A stretch of DNA of 64,000 bases from Eledone cirrhosa (Eukaryota). The position numbers and the translations under genes are program-made. Positions 23,990 through 37,444 of this stretch are shown here, in pieces. How positions within the stretch are numbered: position 1 is the first letter of the stretch; each line of letters starts with the position of its first letter. Below the pieces are notes generated by a model that did not search any database, had not been told where the DNA came from, and saw nothing but the letters and a program-made list of their open reading frames with translations. The stretch is from the NCBI GenBank assembly GCA_964016885.1, contig OZ024743.1:251100001-251164000 (forward strand), written 5' to 3'.

Positions 23990-24930
23990 TCATCCCGTGC
24001 ACATAGGAAGGCAGGTCTTCTGCAGTACTGTATGGAGGGATATGAAAGGCCACTAGATGCTGCTTTGTCCCATGCACATGGGAGTGCGGGTTTTCTGTAG
24101 TACTACATAATGCCAGAGGACATGATCCTTTGAGAAAGTGTGAGGTTAGTTTTTATCACCTTATTCCTAGCTTTCTTAGGTCTTCCTCTTCCATAGCTTC
24201 CATCAATTTTCTGCAGCCTGTACCTTTTTATACTGCTGTCATACTTCATATACATCACTTGACCATACCAATTCAATCTCCTCTCCTGCATATTGCATCT
24301 GATCCCTTTTATGCCCTCTTTCTCTTTCAGTTCATTTACGCTTTGCCGTTCATGTATATTACTATTACACATCCATCAGAGCATGCAAGCTTTGTTTCTT
24401 TCCATTCTCCATAGGTTCTCAATGCTCAGATCTCACTACCATGCAGCATTGCTGTTTGTATACATGCATCATAAAGTCTGGCCTTCATTTTGAAAGAAAA
24501 TCCTTTTGTAGCTAGCAGCAGCTGTAGCTCCCTGAACTTTCTCCATCCCATTTTCACTTTGGCTACTGTACTTTTGGAACACCCATTTGGAACACACTGC
24601 TAATTTGGTTACCTAGGTAGCAAGTTGTCAACTGCTTCTATGGAAACTTCTAAGAATTTGAACTTCTTTCCTGTGAGCTTACTGCTCCTGTGAAATGGCC
24701 ACATGTAAAACTTACATTCTTTGCTAGCCTGGCTGAGATCCCACTACACCTCTTGTACATTCATAGTTTGCATTTGGGACAGAGGATGGAATTTCTACCC
24801 ACCCCTTTCCTACACACTGAACAGTGCCATTTTCCTGAAGAGATCAGGGCCTTGTTTCCCTTTCTACTTACTAGGACTTTATCTTTTCCAAGTTGACTTT
24901 AAAATCTTTTGATTCCAGGTAGGCTTCCAG
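23990..24930 (-). mobile_element. Degenerate RTE 3' fragment
   Basis: MCNSNIHERQSV...ERRLNWYGQ...GRGRPKK; PHD-insert relic at ~24690-24840. Confidence 0.85.
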
Positions 24931-25549
24931 ATAAAGAAAAACTTATAAAACAAAGCATTTAAATTGTCATATTGATCTTTAGCATTGGGAGGTTGTTTCT
25001 AATTAAACCAAAGATCAGCTGATTTTTATTTTAGTTATTGTTAATGAATGACAGATGTTATAATGAGGAAGTAGAGGAAGTAAAGGAATTAAGCATTATT
25101 AATGTCTCTGGCAGAACTGATGTTTGCTATGGTTTGGCATGACAAAATTATAGTCCACCTCTCTCTCTTTCCCTCCCCCTCTCTCTCCTCTCTCTCGCTC
25201 GCCTCTCTCTCACCTCTCTCTCACCTCTCTTTCTCCTCTCTTCTATCTTCCCCTCTTTCTCCCTCTCTTTCTCCCCTCACTCTCTCCCTTTATCTTCCCC
25301 CTCTACCTCCCTATCTCTTCTCTCCTATTTCTCCCATCCCACCTCTTTGATTCCCATTTCCCCCTCCTCTCCTGTCTTTCCCTTCTTTCTCTCCTCCCTC
25401 CCTTCTCATTCCTCTACTCCACCTCTCTCTTTCCATCAGGCTTAATAATTGTGGAGGTGGTCATTATTGAAGTAGTAGTAGTTGTGGCAGTATAGGGAAT
25501 ACTGGTAGTGGTGGTAGTATGGGTAGTAGTAGTGAAAGGATAGTAACGG

Positions 25550-25915
25550 TTGTAGTGGTGGCAGTACAGTAGAGGAGGTGACAGCAGTATAGGTAGTAGT
25601 AGTAGGTAGTGGTTATGGCAGTATAGGTAGTAGTGGTTGTGGTGATGGCAGTATAGGTTGTAGTGGTGGCAGTACAGTAGAGGAGGTGACAGCAGTATAG
25701 GTAGTAGTAGTAGGTAGTGGTGATGGCAGTATAGGTAGTAGTGGTTGTGGTGATGGCAGTATAGGTTGTAGTGGTGGCAGTACAGTAGAGGAGGTGACAG
25801 CAGTATAGATAGTAGTAGTAGGTAGTGGTGATGGCAGTATAGGTAGTAGTGGTTGTGGTGATGGCAGTATAGGTAGTAGTGGTAGTGGTGATGGCAGTAT
25901 AGGTTGTAGTAGTGG
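25550..25915. repeat. 108-bp tandem repeat (GTA/GTG-rich), ~3.3 copies
   Basis: GCAGTACAGTAGAGGAGG recurs at 25561, 25669 and 25777. Confidence 0.85.
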
Positions 25916-26219
25916 TAATGCTAATGTGTTCTATTCAGAACAGTAGCTATAATGTTGTCAACAAACAGTACCAAGAAATTTTGATAATCAGATAACAAAA
26001 AAAAATATATATTCTAAATAGAAGAAAATAAAAACCAACCAAAGGGAAAGAACATAATTAAAAAAAGTGAAGTGTTGTGGGGGCAGGGGGAATGTTGGGG
26101 GGGGGGGGGTTGTATACTTTCTTTTTCTCTGGAAACGTGACTAATGGTCGAAATTTGGTACTTTGGGATAGAATATACCGGATGATAGTAAAGAGGAAAA
26201 ATGTTCATTGAATTCAAAA

Positions 26220-26321
26220 GATATATATATACATGTATATATTTGTGACTATATATATATATATACATGTATATATATATATATATATATACATGTATAT
26301 ATATATATATATATACATGTG

Positions 26322-26374
<53 letters not shown>

Positions 26375-26393
26375 ATATATATATATATACATA

Positions 26394-26427
<34 letters not shown>

Positions 26428-26519
26428 CATACATGTGTGTATATATATATACATACATATGTGTGTACATATATATATATATATATATACACACATATTT
26501 ATATGTATATATGTGTGTG

Positions 26520-26550
<31 letters not shown>

Positions 26551-26620
26551 TTATATGTATATATGTGTGTGTATATATATATATACATATATATACATAT
26601 ATATATATACATATATATAC

Positions 26621-26651
<31 letters not shown>

Positions 26652-26758
26652 CATATATACATATATACATATATATATACATATATATATATATGTATAT
26701 ATATATGCATATATATATATATGTATATATATTTACATATATATATATACATATATAC

Positions 26759-26807
<49 letters not shown>

Positions 26808-26892
26808 CATATATATATATATGTATATATATTTACATATATATATATACATATATACATATATATATACATATATATATATACATATATAT

Positions 26893-26935
<43 letters not shown>

Positions 26936-26970
26936 TATTTATATGTATATATGTATATACATATGTACAC
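26220..26970. repeat. Compound (TA)n/(TACA) microsatellite
   Basis: Direct reading. Confidence 0.95.
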
Positions 26971-27198
26971 ATTTAAAAAAATATATTTCAGCATCTAAAT
27001 GCCTTACCTATGTGTTTCTCTATAGAATGATCAACTTGACTCAAGTTCTAATCTTTGTTGGAATCTAAACCAGAAAATAGCTACATTTTGTCAACCCATG
27101 AAGAAATACATAGGGTTGATATTAGATATGGTAGAAGTAGACAATTGAAATTATTGTATTTGTCTAGGTAAATACGTGAGTGTATGTATATATATATA

Positions 27199-27320
27199 TA
27201 AAAGTAGTAACACAACAGTTAGTTCACCATATCATGAAGAATTGTTTCACCTTAGCAGATCCACTAAGGTGAAACAATTGTTCTCAGCATGGTGAACTAA
27301 CTGTTGTGTTACTACTTTTA
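27199..27320. mobile_element. Fold-back palindrome with hammerhead 3' half (second sequence family)
   Basis: Arms pair except a 10-nt block. Centre GATC 27258-61. CCTTAG/CTAAGG then T-GAAA-CAATTG-TT (palindromic stem III). Confidence 0.6.
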
Positions 27321-27376
27321 CCAAACTCGTCCCATGGACTGAGTGCTCTACCACTACGGATATTACCTTCCAGTCT

Positions 27377-27432
<56 letters not shown>

Positions 27433-27601
27433 CATCATTAACATCCACTTTCTATGCTAGCATGGGTTAGGCGGGTTGTCCTATTTGAGGCAAGTTTGGT
27501 CAGGTGACCGTGTCTTGCTCATATAATATAGATTTCTACAGCGAATGGCCTGCCTAATGCCAACTACATTTGTGTGCTGGGTGCTTTTTGTTGTGATAAA
27601 C

Positions 27602-27684
<83 letters not shown>

Positions 27685-27692
27685 TATATGTA

Positions 27693-27727
<35 letters not shown>

Positions 27728-27738
27728 GCATATATATA

Positions 27739-29113
27739 CAGGGTGCGGACGATATTTGTTTGCAAGATTACTGTCTAGGAAAAAATAACACAGTAGTTTT
27801 ATTTTTTAAGATATATTTATCAAACTTGGGTCAGTTTGTCTTCATGACTTGTTCTTTCGATCTCACTCGATAAATCCGCCATTGGCTTTGATGACGGCCT
27901 CAAGACGGCCTCGGAACCGGCCACTGGCCTTCGTCACTGTCCCCTTAGGAGAATGGTGGAAAAGGTCAGAAAGGAATTGGAAAATTCAGGATTCGACTAC
28001 AAAGCAACATCAGAGAGGAAAACACATCAGGCACTTGTGATCCTGGCCTTCAGATCGTCTTTCGTATTGCAGCTAGATCTGTTGGTGTCTCATTCCACTG
28101 TGCCCCACACAAAGAAGTCAAGGGGGTTGCAGACAGGCGAGCTGGGAGTCCAAATGTCAGGTGAAGTGTGGTCGACGAAGTTCTCTGACAGCCAGGCTTG
28201 GGTCTTTCGGCTGGTATGGAAGGGCTTTGAGTCTTGCTGCCATATGTACGGCCTACCTGCAGCTACCTGGTCAATCCAGGGCTTTACTACCTCGCTCAGA
28301 ACGCGGATGTAGCCATTGGTGTTCAGCTTGAGGTCCTCAGGGAAGAAGTGAGATGGCATGACGTCACCTTGACTGCTGACGACACCTAAGACCAATGTTG
28401 TCGCTGGAAACTTTGTCTGTATTACTCTGGGCACATCATTGGATGAGACAGCGAGTCACCTGTTGTTCTGGGAGTTGATCTTCTGGTCTTGGTAGAAGTT
28501 TTTCTCGTCGGAGAAAAACCACAGCATGTCTGACTCCAGTGGGTGTTTCAACTTGTTGATCAGCTTCTTTGCATGCTTCAGTTGCTTTTCTTGCATCGCC
28601 TTTGACAGAAATTGTCCTTTCCTCATCTTGTATGAAATGTAGCAAATGTCTTCATGTACCACCAGCCTAATGAGCTTTTCATCCATGCCTTTCTCCCTTG
28701 CAATGGCACGCATCGACTTGCTAGGTTCATTGTTGATGATAACCTGGACTTCAGCGACGAACTCGGGCATTTTGAAGGCGTCAGATCGTCGATCATGTGT
28801 TTTCCTCTCTGATGTTGCTTCGTAGTCGAATCCTGAATCTTCCAATTCCCTTCTGACCTTTTCCACCATTCTCCTACTGACGCTGAGAAAGTCTGAAATT
28901 TCCTTATTTGTCCTCCTGGCGCAGATTCCAAGAAGAACTCCGTATCTCTTCCACAAATTTGGAGGTTCAAAATTATTCATAATTAATTATTCTGAAAATA
29001 AATAATGGAAATATAGTCACTGTTTTTATGAAGACAAGAGTGACAACAGAAGTAAAAAAAATTTGCATAAAATTAGCAGTTGAAAATTGCGAACAAATAT
29101 CGTCCACACCCTG
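27739..29113 (-). mobile_element. Full-length Tc1/mariner transposon, DD37D (maT) family
   Basis: 27-bp TIRs CAGGGTG(C/T)GGACGATATTTGTT(T/C)GCAA with TA on both flanks. WFFSDEKNF and QQD-x37-D (NPLD). Confidence 0.93.
27863..28980 (-). pseudogene. maT transposase pseudogene
   Basis: In-frame stops at 28456 and 28090, an 82-bp insertion at 27946-28027, C-terminus [14 protein letters not shown]. Confidence 0.9.
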
Positions 29114-29209
29114 TATATGCATATACAGTATATATATATCAAAGGCATGTATTGTGTTAGAAACTCAAAATAGTCTCTTACAGTCTAGGAAAGAGATTTT
29201 TCCGAGCCG

Positions 29210-29701
29210 TATAATATAACTGAACAAAAAGAAAAACGAACACAGACATATACATATATGTGTTCAAATCATAAGGGACCAGATTCGTTAAGGTGAAAAG
29301 AATAGTAACTATAGACAATAGGGTTTGCCAGACTCAATTTAAGAATAAATCCAGAAAATAAATACAAACCAGAATTGTGGTAACTACCAATCACCCGGAC
29401 AGTTTTGATAATACTGTTTTGCAATATTAATTGTGAAGAGGAATACCAATTCTTGCTCATCAGCGGATGAAGAATTATTAGTATCCTGGTCACTTCTTAG
29501 TATATTGAAAAATTGGATAGTGTGCATATATATAACAACGGTTTGTATTTATTTTCTTGATTTATTCTTAAATTGAGTCTGGCAAACCTTATTGTCTATA
29601 GTTAGTATTCTTTTCACCTTAGCGAATCTGGTTTCTTATGATTTGAACACATATATGTATATGTCTGTGTTCGTTTTTCTTTTTTGTTCAGTTATATTAT
29701 A
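29210..29701. mobile_element. Inverted repeat (arms 29210-29370 and 29540-29701) enclosing a hammerhead motif; Penelope-like
   Basis: ~160-bp complementary arms with few mismatches; right arm abuts (TA)n. Confidence 0.7.
29391..29470 (-). ncRNA. Type I hammerhead ribozyme with G12>A change
   Basis: Minus strand: stem I TCATCCG/CGGGTGA; CTGATGA; stem II GCAA..AATTG/CAATT..TTGC; AAAA for GAAA (forward 29420 is T before G); stem III ACAGT/ACTGT; GUC site. Confidence 0.72.
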
Positions 29702-29733
29702 TATATATATTATATTATATATATATATTATAT

Positions 29734-29767
<34 letters not shown>

Positions 29768-29777
29768 ATATATATAT

Positions 29778-29872
<95 letters not shown>

Positions 29873-29899
29873 TATGTGTATGTAAATATGTATTCATTG

Positions 29900-30995
29900 A
29901 GATGCTAAAACCTTCTGCTGAAATAGGAGTTGAACTATTCTCTTACATAGTCAATCAGATAATACAGGACTAGGCCAATATGAAATGATTGGTGCAACAT
30001 CATAATTATTAATTGCTACAATGGAAAAGGTGATGCTCTAGAAAGGAGGAACTACCTGGGAATAAAACTAACAGATCAAGTTATGGAAGTGGCAGAAAGA
30101 GTTCTAGCACAATTAATTAGGGAAAGAGTCAAATTAGATGAGATGCAGTTAGGTTTCATGTCAGGGAGGAACACCACAGATGCTCTCTTTTTAGTAAGAC
30201 TACAAGAGATGTTCTTAGCTAAGAGTAAGCCTCTATATCTAGCTTTTGTTTATCTAGAGAAAGCCTTTGACAGAAAATACCAATAGTTGATCTGGTGGTC
30301 TTTAAGGAAATTAGATGTAGAAGAGTGACTTGTAAGAGCAGTGTAAGCCATGTACAGAGGAGCTGTAAGTAAAGTGAGAATAGGAAGAGCGTTTAGTGAG
30401 AAATTTAAGGTACAGGTAGAAGTGCATCAGGGTTCAGTTCTTAGTCCACTCTTCTTTATCTTAGTCTTCCAGGCCATAACAGAGGAGTTTAAGACTGGTT
30501 GTCCATGGGAACTTATGTATGTGGAGGATCTGGTCCTCATAGCTGAATCTGTGAAGAATTTAGAGAATAAATTCTGGCTGTGGAAACGAAGCTTAGAATC
30601 AAAAGGAATTAAAATAAATATAGCAAAAACCAAAATGTTAATAAGTAGGAAAGAAAATAGGGTACCAATCTCATCAAGGAAGTGGTCTTGCTTGATATGT
30701 AGAAAGTGAGTAGGCATAAACTCTATACAGTGTACACAATCAAAACCTTGATTCAAAAGAGGTGTAGTGGGATCACAGGCAGACTAAGAACCAATTGATA
30801 GTAAAAGTACCAATAATAAGATAGATAATATAAACCTTTTCCAATCTGAGGAAAGATTCATAGAAGTGCTTGATAGTTTCTACTACTGAAGTGTTATATT
30901 TAGCAGGAGAGGAGGGTGCTTGGACAACATAGTAGCTATAATGACAGGATGCAATAAGTTTAGGGAACTGCTCCCCCTCCTAAGAACAAAAGACT
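29900..30995 (+). mobile_element. Degenerate RTE RT fragment
   Basis: KSKPLYLAFVYLEKAFD, VHQGSVLSPL and FRELLPLL with many stops. Confidence 0.88.
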
Positions 30996-31004
30996 TGAGC
31001 CAGC

Positions 31005-32190
31005 AACCCAGTCCAGCTCACACTGTAAATGTACTTTGTGCTTACGAAGGGTATCTGGCAGTCATAAAATCCCAGCCAAACATGGTCCCACTATGAGTAA
31101 ATTACAGTGCTGTCAACTGTCCAGACCTCTCTCATGATGGTATCACTCAGTTCCATACTGTAAATGTGGCTGGTGTTAGGAAAGGCATCCAGCAGCCATA
31201 AAACCCAACAAAAACACAGGTTTCACTATGTGCATGGTTCAGCGTGGCCAACTGGCCAGACCATCATAACATGCCCACCCAGCACTCAAAATACAGTTCT
31301 ATGAGCAGTATATGGCATGGCCAACTGGCCAGACCACCTTCATAATGAGACCACCCAGTTCCACACTGTAAACATAGTTGGTGTTAGGAAGGACATTGAA
31401 CAGCCGTAAAAACCTGGCCAAAACATTGTTCGGTATGAGCAAGGTATGGCACGGTCAATTGGCTAGACATGCCTCATAAGTGTGACCACTCAGTCCCACA
31501 CATTAAACATGGTTGGTGTTAGGAAGGGCATCCAGCAGCTGTAAAACCCCAGCCAAAACACAGTCCTGTATGAGCAAGGTCTGGCACAGCCAACTAGTAA
31601 AATCCATAACAGGAACATACAATTCCACACTGTAAACGTGGATGGTATTAGAAAAAACATCCAGTAGCCGTAAAAACCCAGCCAAGACATGATCCTATAT
31701 GAGCAAGGTATGGTTCTGTCAACTAGCTAAACTTGCCTCATAAGTGTATCCACCCAGTCCCACACTGTAAATGTGTATGGTGTTAAGAAAGGCATCCAGC
31801 AGCTGCAAAAGTCCCAGCCAAAACACAGGTCCTGCGATGAGCAAGGTTCGATGCAGCCAACTGGCCAGACTGCTGTCATAATGAGACCATCCAGTTCCAC
31901 ACTGTCAAGCTGGTTTGTATTAGGAATGGCATCCAACTGTTAAAAAATAGCCAAAATACAATTCCATTAGCCAAATAGGTAGACCCCTCTCAGGACGGTA
32001 CCCCTCAGTTCCAAACTGTAAAAGTGGTTTGTGTTAGGAAGGGCATCCATTTGTAAAAATAATGGCCAAAATGCAGTTCCCTTTCAGCAAGGTATGGCAC
32101 GGCCAACTTGCCAGACACGCTTTGTAACATGCACATCCTGACTGACTCATGTAAGCATGGAAAATAAGACATTAAACAGTGATGATGACA
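31005..32190 (+). repeat. Tandem array (~135-bp unit, ~8-9 copies) of the RTE/SINE tail module, ending in an RTE terminus
   Basis: CCACACTGTAAA..GGTGTTAGGAAGGGCATCCAGC..AGCCAAAACA..ATGAGCAAG at ~31013, 31148, 31356, 31491, 31620, 31755, 31891 and 32025. Confidence 0.85.
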
Positions 32191-32532
32191 TATGGTACAC
32201 ATACACACTCACACACACACACATATATAATATGAAAAATACCACCTATATTGTGATATTAGTGCCATGATAAAAGTACATAGTCCACACTGTAAATTAG
32301 TTGACATTAGAAAAGGTCTCCAGCTCTAGAAACCAACCCAATGATACAAATCAGTAAGAGCATGATGTAGTCACTTAACCTGACTGGTCTAACTCCTGCA
32401 AGCTTGGGAAAATAGACATTAGATTATGATGACGATGATGATGATATATTTTTCTTTTTAAAATTTGAATATCAACAAAAATTGAAGTGGTGTCTCATAA
32501 TTCTAAATATATATATGCACACATATTTATAC

Positions 32533-32571
<39 letters not shown>

Positions 32572-32894
32572 GTATATATGTGTATATATACATATGTATA
32601 AGTATGTGTGTGTGTGTATATATATATATATACACACACACACATACATACTTATACATATGTATATATACACATATATATGTATACATATATATGTATA
32701 CATATATATGTATTCATATATATATATATACATATATATATGTATATTCATATAAAAATACATATATATATATATCATCATCATCACCGTTTTACGTCCG
32801 TTCTTCCATACTAGCATGGGTTAGATGGGTTGTCCTGTTGTGGGCAGTGTCTGGTTGGCTGACCATGCCTTGCTCATACAGGAACTGATTTGGA

Positions 32895-32929
<35 letters not shown>

Positions 32930-33020
32930 CTATATGTACACATATATGTATACATATATATACATATGTACACATATATGTATACATATATATACATATA
33001 TATGCATATATATATATACA

Positions 33021-33052
<32 letters not shown>

Positions 33053-33067
33053 CACATATATGTATAC

Positions 33068-33099
<32 letters not shown>

Positions 33100-33214
33100 C
33101 ATCATCATCATCATTTCATTTTACGTCCGCTTTTTCCCTGCTTGCAAGTGTGGGACGGGAACTGCATATATGTATACATATATACATATACATATATATA
33201 TATACATATATATA

Positions 33215-33619
33215 TCTATCTATCTATCTAGGGTGGGTAAAATTCCCGAGATCCATGGACGATTTCTCTCCAGCGGTCTCTGTCCCTCATTATCACTGCC
33301 ATATCCCGCGTCTCCAACAGACCAGTGTCTGTCCTGGGGAATCAACATACGTTAACCTTGGTCTTCCTCTTCCAGTGTGTCCATGTAGGGGCTCCCACAC
33401 GAGCACTGAGTGCAATGTCAACTCTGGATGTCGGTGATCATGTCCAGCCAACCTCAGTCTCCTCTGTGTCATTTTTGAGCTGACTCTTGGGAGGCTCCCA
33501 TACAGCTCTGAGTTTTTCATTCTCAGTGTATACTGATTAATGTTCAGAGCCATCCTCAGCATTCTCGTGTAGCACCCATCCACCATCTGAGTGAGTTTCT
33601 TGGTCAGTGTCCAAGTCTC

Positions 33620-33620
<1 letters not shown>
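33215..33620 (-). mobile_element. 3' fragment of a distinct RTE lineage with (TAGA)n tail
   Basis: [23 protein letters not shown]...RRLRLAGH...[11 protein letters not shown]. Confidence 0.85.
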
Positions 33621-33653
<33 letters not shown>

Positions 33654-33700
33654 GTACACATATATGTATACATATATATGTATACATATATATGTATACA

Positions 33701-33734
<34 letters not shown>

Positions 33735-33859
33735 CACATATATGTATACATATATATGTATATACATATATATATATACAGTCAGTAGGCACCTCTTAAC
33801 CAAATATTCACCCCAATCCACTACCCCTACCCTATCCTCCCACTCCCACCAACAGCACG

Positions 33860-34133
33860 AGAAAATGAGATCGAGATCGTGTAGGTGTCACGACAAAAAA
33901 CACACACAGTCCATGCTGTAATGTGGTCATGTAGGTAATACGGTGAAAAATTCCCAGTTCCACACTGTAAATGTGGTTGGTGTTAGGAAGGTCATCCAGC
34001 CGTAGAAAACCTGCCAGATAGTCCTATATGAGCGAGACACGGTCACCCGACCAGCCTTGCCTCAGGTGGGACAACTCCCATCTAACCCATGCTAGCGCGG
34101 AACATGGACGTTAAACGAAGATGATGATGATGA
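33860..34133 (+). mobile_element. RTE 3' UTR fragment
   Basis: AGGAAGGTCATCCAGC module plus CTAACCCATGCTAGC...GGACGTTAAAC(GAT)n terminus. Confidence 0.8.
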
Positions 34134-34879
34134 TATATATACACATACACACACACACATATATATATATATATTGTATTTATATATACATGCATACAAA
34201 ATGCAGAGTCCTTTACATAAATTCTTGCCCAAAAGCAAATACAAACTAATATGAAATACATTATTTTTTACATTTCCTGTCAAGTAGAACATTTCCAGAA
34301 TGGATTTTGTAGTTTGAAGCTATAGAAGATGATAAGGTTTATAAATATATATATACTCAAGTATTTGTTTGAAGTGATGTGCTTGCCTCTATTGGATATT
34401 AAAAGAAGTCTCTCTTTTTTTATATAATGGTTCAATTATTGTAACTGTAATTCAGGAGTTATAGTTTCAAATTTCCATAGAGTATGTATTATACTGTTCT
34501 TTGTTTATTTCTTTTTGTTAAATATATAATTTTCATTAGTATATTTCTAATGAAAGAATCTGCCTATGATTTTTCAAATGATTTTTAAAGTAACCCTGAA
34601 TTTGGAAGGATTTGATAATATTAGTAACTGACTTTCCCTCTATTCTATCAGTGTTTGAAGCATAATTTAAGAAAGATTATTCCATAAAATTATGATTTTT
34701 AGATAAATATAATTACTTTCAAATAAACAGGTTACTATTCTAGAACAAGGGGCTGTTTTAGGCAGTTTCGTATCAAAAGGGGTTAACTCTGGGAAATACA
34801 CTTTAATCTTGGTTTCTCAGATACACTCAATAACAGATTTGTGATTGATTAGTAATGATATAGGTTAAATAGAATTATT

Positions 34880-35385
34880 TAGCCATGTTGATGACATGGT
34901 AACCTTTTTAGTGCTGGAGTCATGATAGAATGCACCTATTATGGTTTGTAAAAGACATGGTGTTAGGATAGGCCACCAGATGTAGAAAACATGCCAAAAT
35001 GTTTGAGAGGGCTCTTCAGTCACACCAACGACATGACAACCTCCTTAGTGCAGGTACAATGATAAAAAGTACCCAGTACACACTGAAAAGTTGTTTGCAT
35101 AAGAACGGTATCCAGCTGTAAAGATGCCAAAAGGGTTGACAGGGCTCTTCAGCTACATCAAAGACATGGCAATCTCACTAGTGTGGGTGCCATGATAAAA
35201 TGCCTCCATCACTCTCTGTAAAGTTGTTGGCTTTAAAAAGGGCATTCTGCTGTAGAAGCCCATGACTAAATATGGAAGGTATAGGCAAGATGTGATTATC
35301 TGATCATATCTTGTCTAGGACTGTGATGAACTGTCCAGCCCCTGTCAGCATGGGAAATAGAAATAAAAAGATGGTGATAATGATG
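34880..35385 (+). repeat. Older 3-unit array of the tail module with RTE terminus
   Basis: GACATGG..ACC..TAGTG..ATGATA..ATGCACC..TGTAAA..TTAGGA..CAG.TGTAGAA repeated at ~140-bp spacing. Confidence 0.65.
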
Positions 35386-36779
35386 AGTTCTACTTAATAT
35401 TAGGAATAAGATTGAAGTTGAAATGGTTGATGTTAATTGAAAATGTCATCTGTGCTATTTTTCATCAACTTCAAACAGCAGATAACAACCCCACTTCCTG
35501 CACTGCCATAATTATATTTGAAGCCATAAAACATCTTTCAACAATTTATATGGAAATAAAACAGAGAACATTGTTTGTCAAAGACTCTTGACAATAAAAT
35601 ATTCAGATTTTGATGTTTCATAAGAAAGAAATTATTGTAAGTCTTGAGGAAATGGAATTTTAATTTTGTTTTAAATTTGAAGGTATTTAATTTCCACGTT
35701 TATTGCTTTTGTTGCCAATTATTCACATAATCAGCTAAACAGAAGTAAAGCAGTCATTTTTTGTTTCTGTTTGTATATTGTCAAACAAATAGTCCCTTGT
35801 CATATAATCATTTCATTTTCTGTATGAGTCTCTAAGGTTAATTAATACACCAGCCTTTCAAATTTTGTTATAATATTTCTGATGAAATGGAATCATTTTT
35901 GAAATAATTAAGAATTTAGAGGAACATGCTAATAAAACTAACTTACTCATTATTAAGCTGGTCTTTGGAACATAACTTAACAAAAGTTCTTAGATAAAAT
36001 TATGATGGAAGACTTTATATAAATGTAAGTACTTTAAACCCTTTCATTGCCATATTTCCATATTATGTGAGATAATTATGTAAGATTAAGTATTTACTGT
36101 GAAAATACAATAGTAAATATAGAGTAATATAAATGCTAATGGGTTAATTACAGGTACAGTCCATTTGACAGGCTACCATACAGTTTCCTTTGAGCTGTTT
36201 TCATTTGTAAGACTTGGGTTGACCCAACGCTATGGTAAAAGAAATGGCTTAAGATGCTACACAGTGGGATTTGGACCTGCTTCTTATGAACCACTCAGCC
36301 ATGTCTATGTTCAATCCATTTCTATATATTGTTTAATACTTCAAATGTCCGTGGTAATTTGTCAACTAGTAAAGAGACTATAAAGATTTGGATTAGCAAA
36401 CTTGATTTGGGGGAATTTTCTGCAAAAACATTAGTGTGTTAAGAGATAATACTTCAAATTTTTCACATCAATCTCTCCATTAGTAAAGATACCATAAAAA
36501 ATTGTTCTAGTAATTTTTGCAACAACCTGTAAAGATACTATAAACATTGGATTAATAAACCTGTTTTTAGATATTTTCTACTAAAACATTGTGTTCATTG
36601 TTATTTGAAATAAAAATAATAATATAGTCTAGACTTAATAAAACATTAAATCAAGTTAATATTGTATATTCTTAGTGGAATATTTCAATGTAGTGTCTAA
36701 CACAGCTGCAAAATAATTCTTTACAAAACTGATTAAAACTTATTGACTAAGTCGATGTGTTGAGGGCAATAGAACATTA

Positions 36780-37165
36780 TTATGGTAATGACGATTTTGA
36801 TGATGGTGGTGATGATAATGATGGTGATAGTAATGGTGGTGGTAGTGATTGTGGTGGTGTCAACAATAGTAATGATGGAGTTGATGATAGTGATGGTGGT
36901 GGTGGTGGGGATGATGGTGATGCTGTTGATGATGGCAGTGATGATGATAGTACAGGTGATAATGGGGGTAATAATGATGATGATATGGATAGTGGTTGTA
37001 GTAGTGATGATAATTATGGTAACAGTGGTAATGATGATGAACGTGGTGAAGGTACTTACTGATAGTAATGGTGAGTGTTATAGTGATGAGGAATGGAGTA
37101 ATTAGTGTTGTAAGCATAGTTTAGAGAAGAATAATGGTAATTGACAATGGTGATGATGATGATTA
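36780..37165. repeat. (GAT/GGT)n low-complexity tract
   Basis: Direct reading. Confidence 0.85.
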
Positions 37166-37444
37166 TATGAGTAAAGCAAGTACAATGAAAATGATATGAA
37201 ATTTACAGCACACATCTATGCCAGTTTTATTGGCCTCCTATGAGGTTGCATCTCACAGGCAGTTTCTTTGAGTGTTTTAATATAATCATATTTTGTGAAA
37301 TGAAGTGTCTTGCTTAAGGACACAGGCTGTCCAGTTCAGAAATGAAAATCCTGATCCTATGATTGTGAGTCCAACACCCCAACCACTAAGCCACTCACTT
37401 TATCGAGGAGTAAAATGATGATACAAAAAGTAATAATATTGATT

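Noticed and set aside
26014-27068. Long YI/IY-rich ORFs (also ~1900-2780, 32500-33900, 41100-41600)
   Set aside because: Translations of TA/CA microsatellites.
35875-35915. CTGATGA..GAAATAATTA hammerhead-like string
   Set aside because: No U16.1 and no stem I; lies in the AT-rich MITE.
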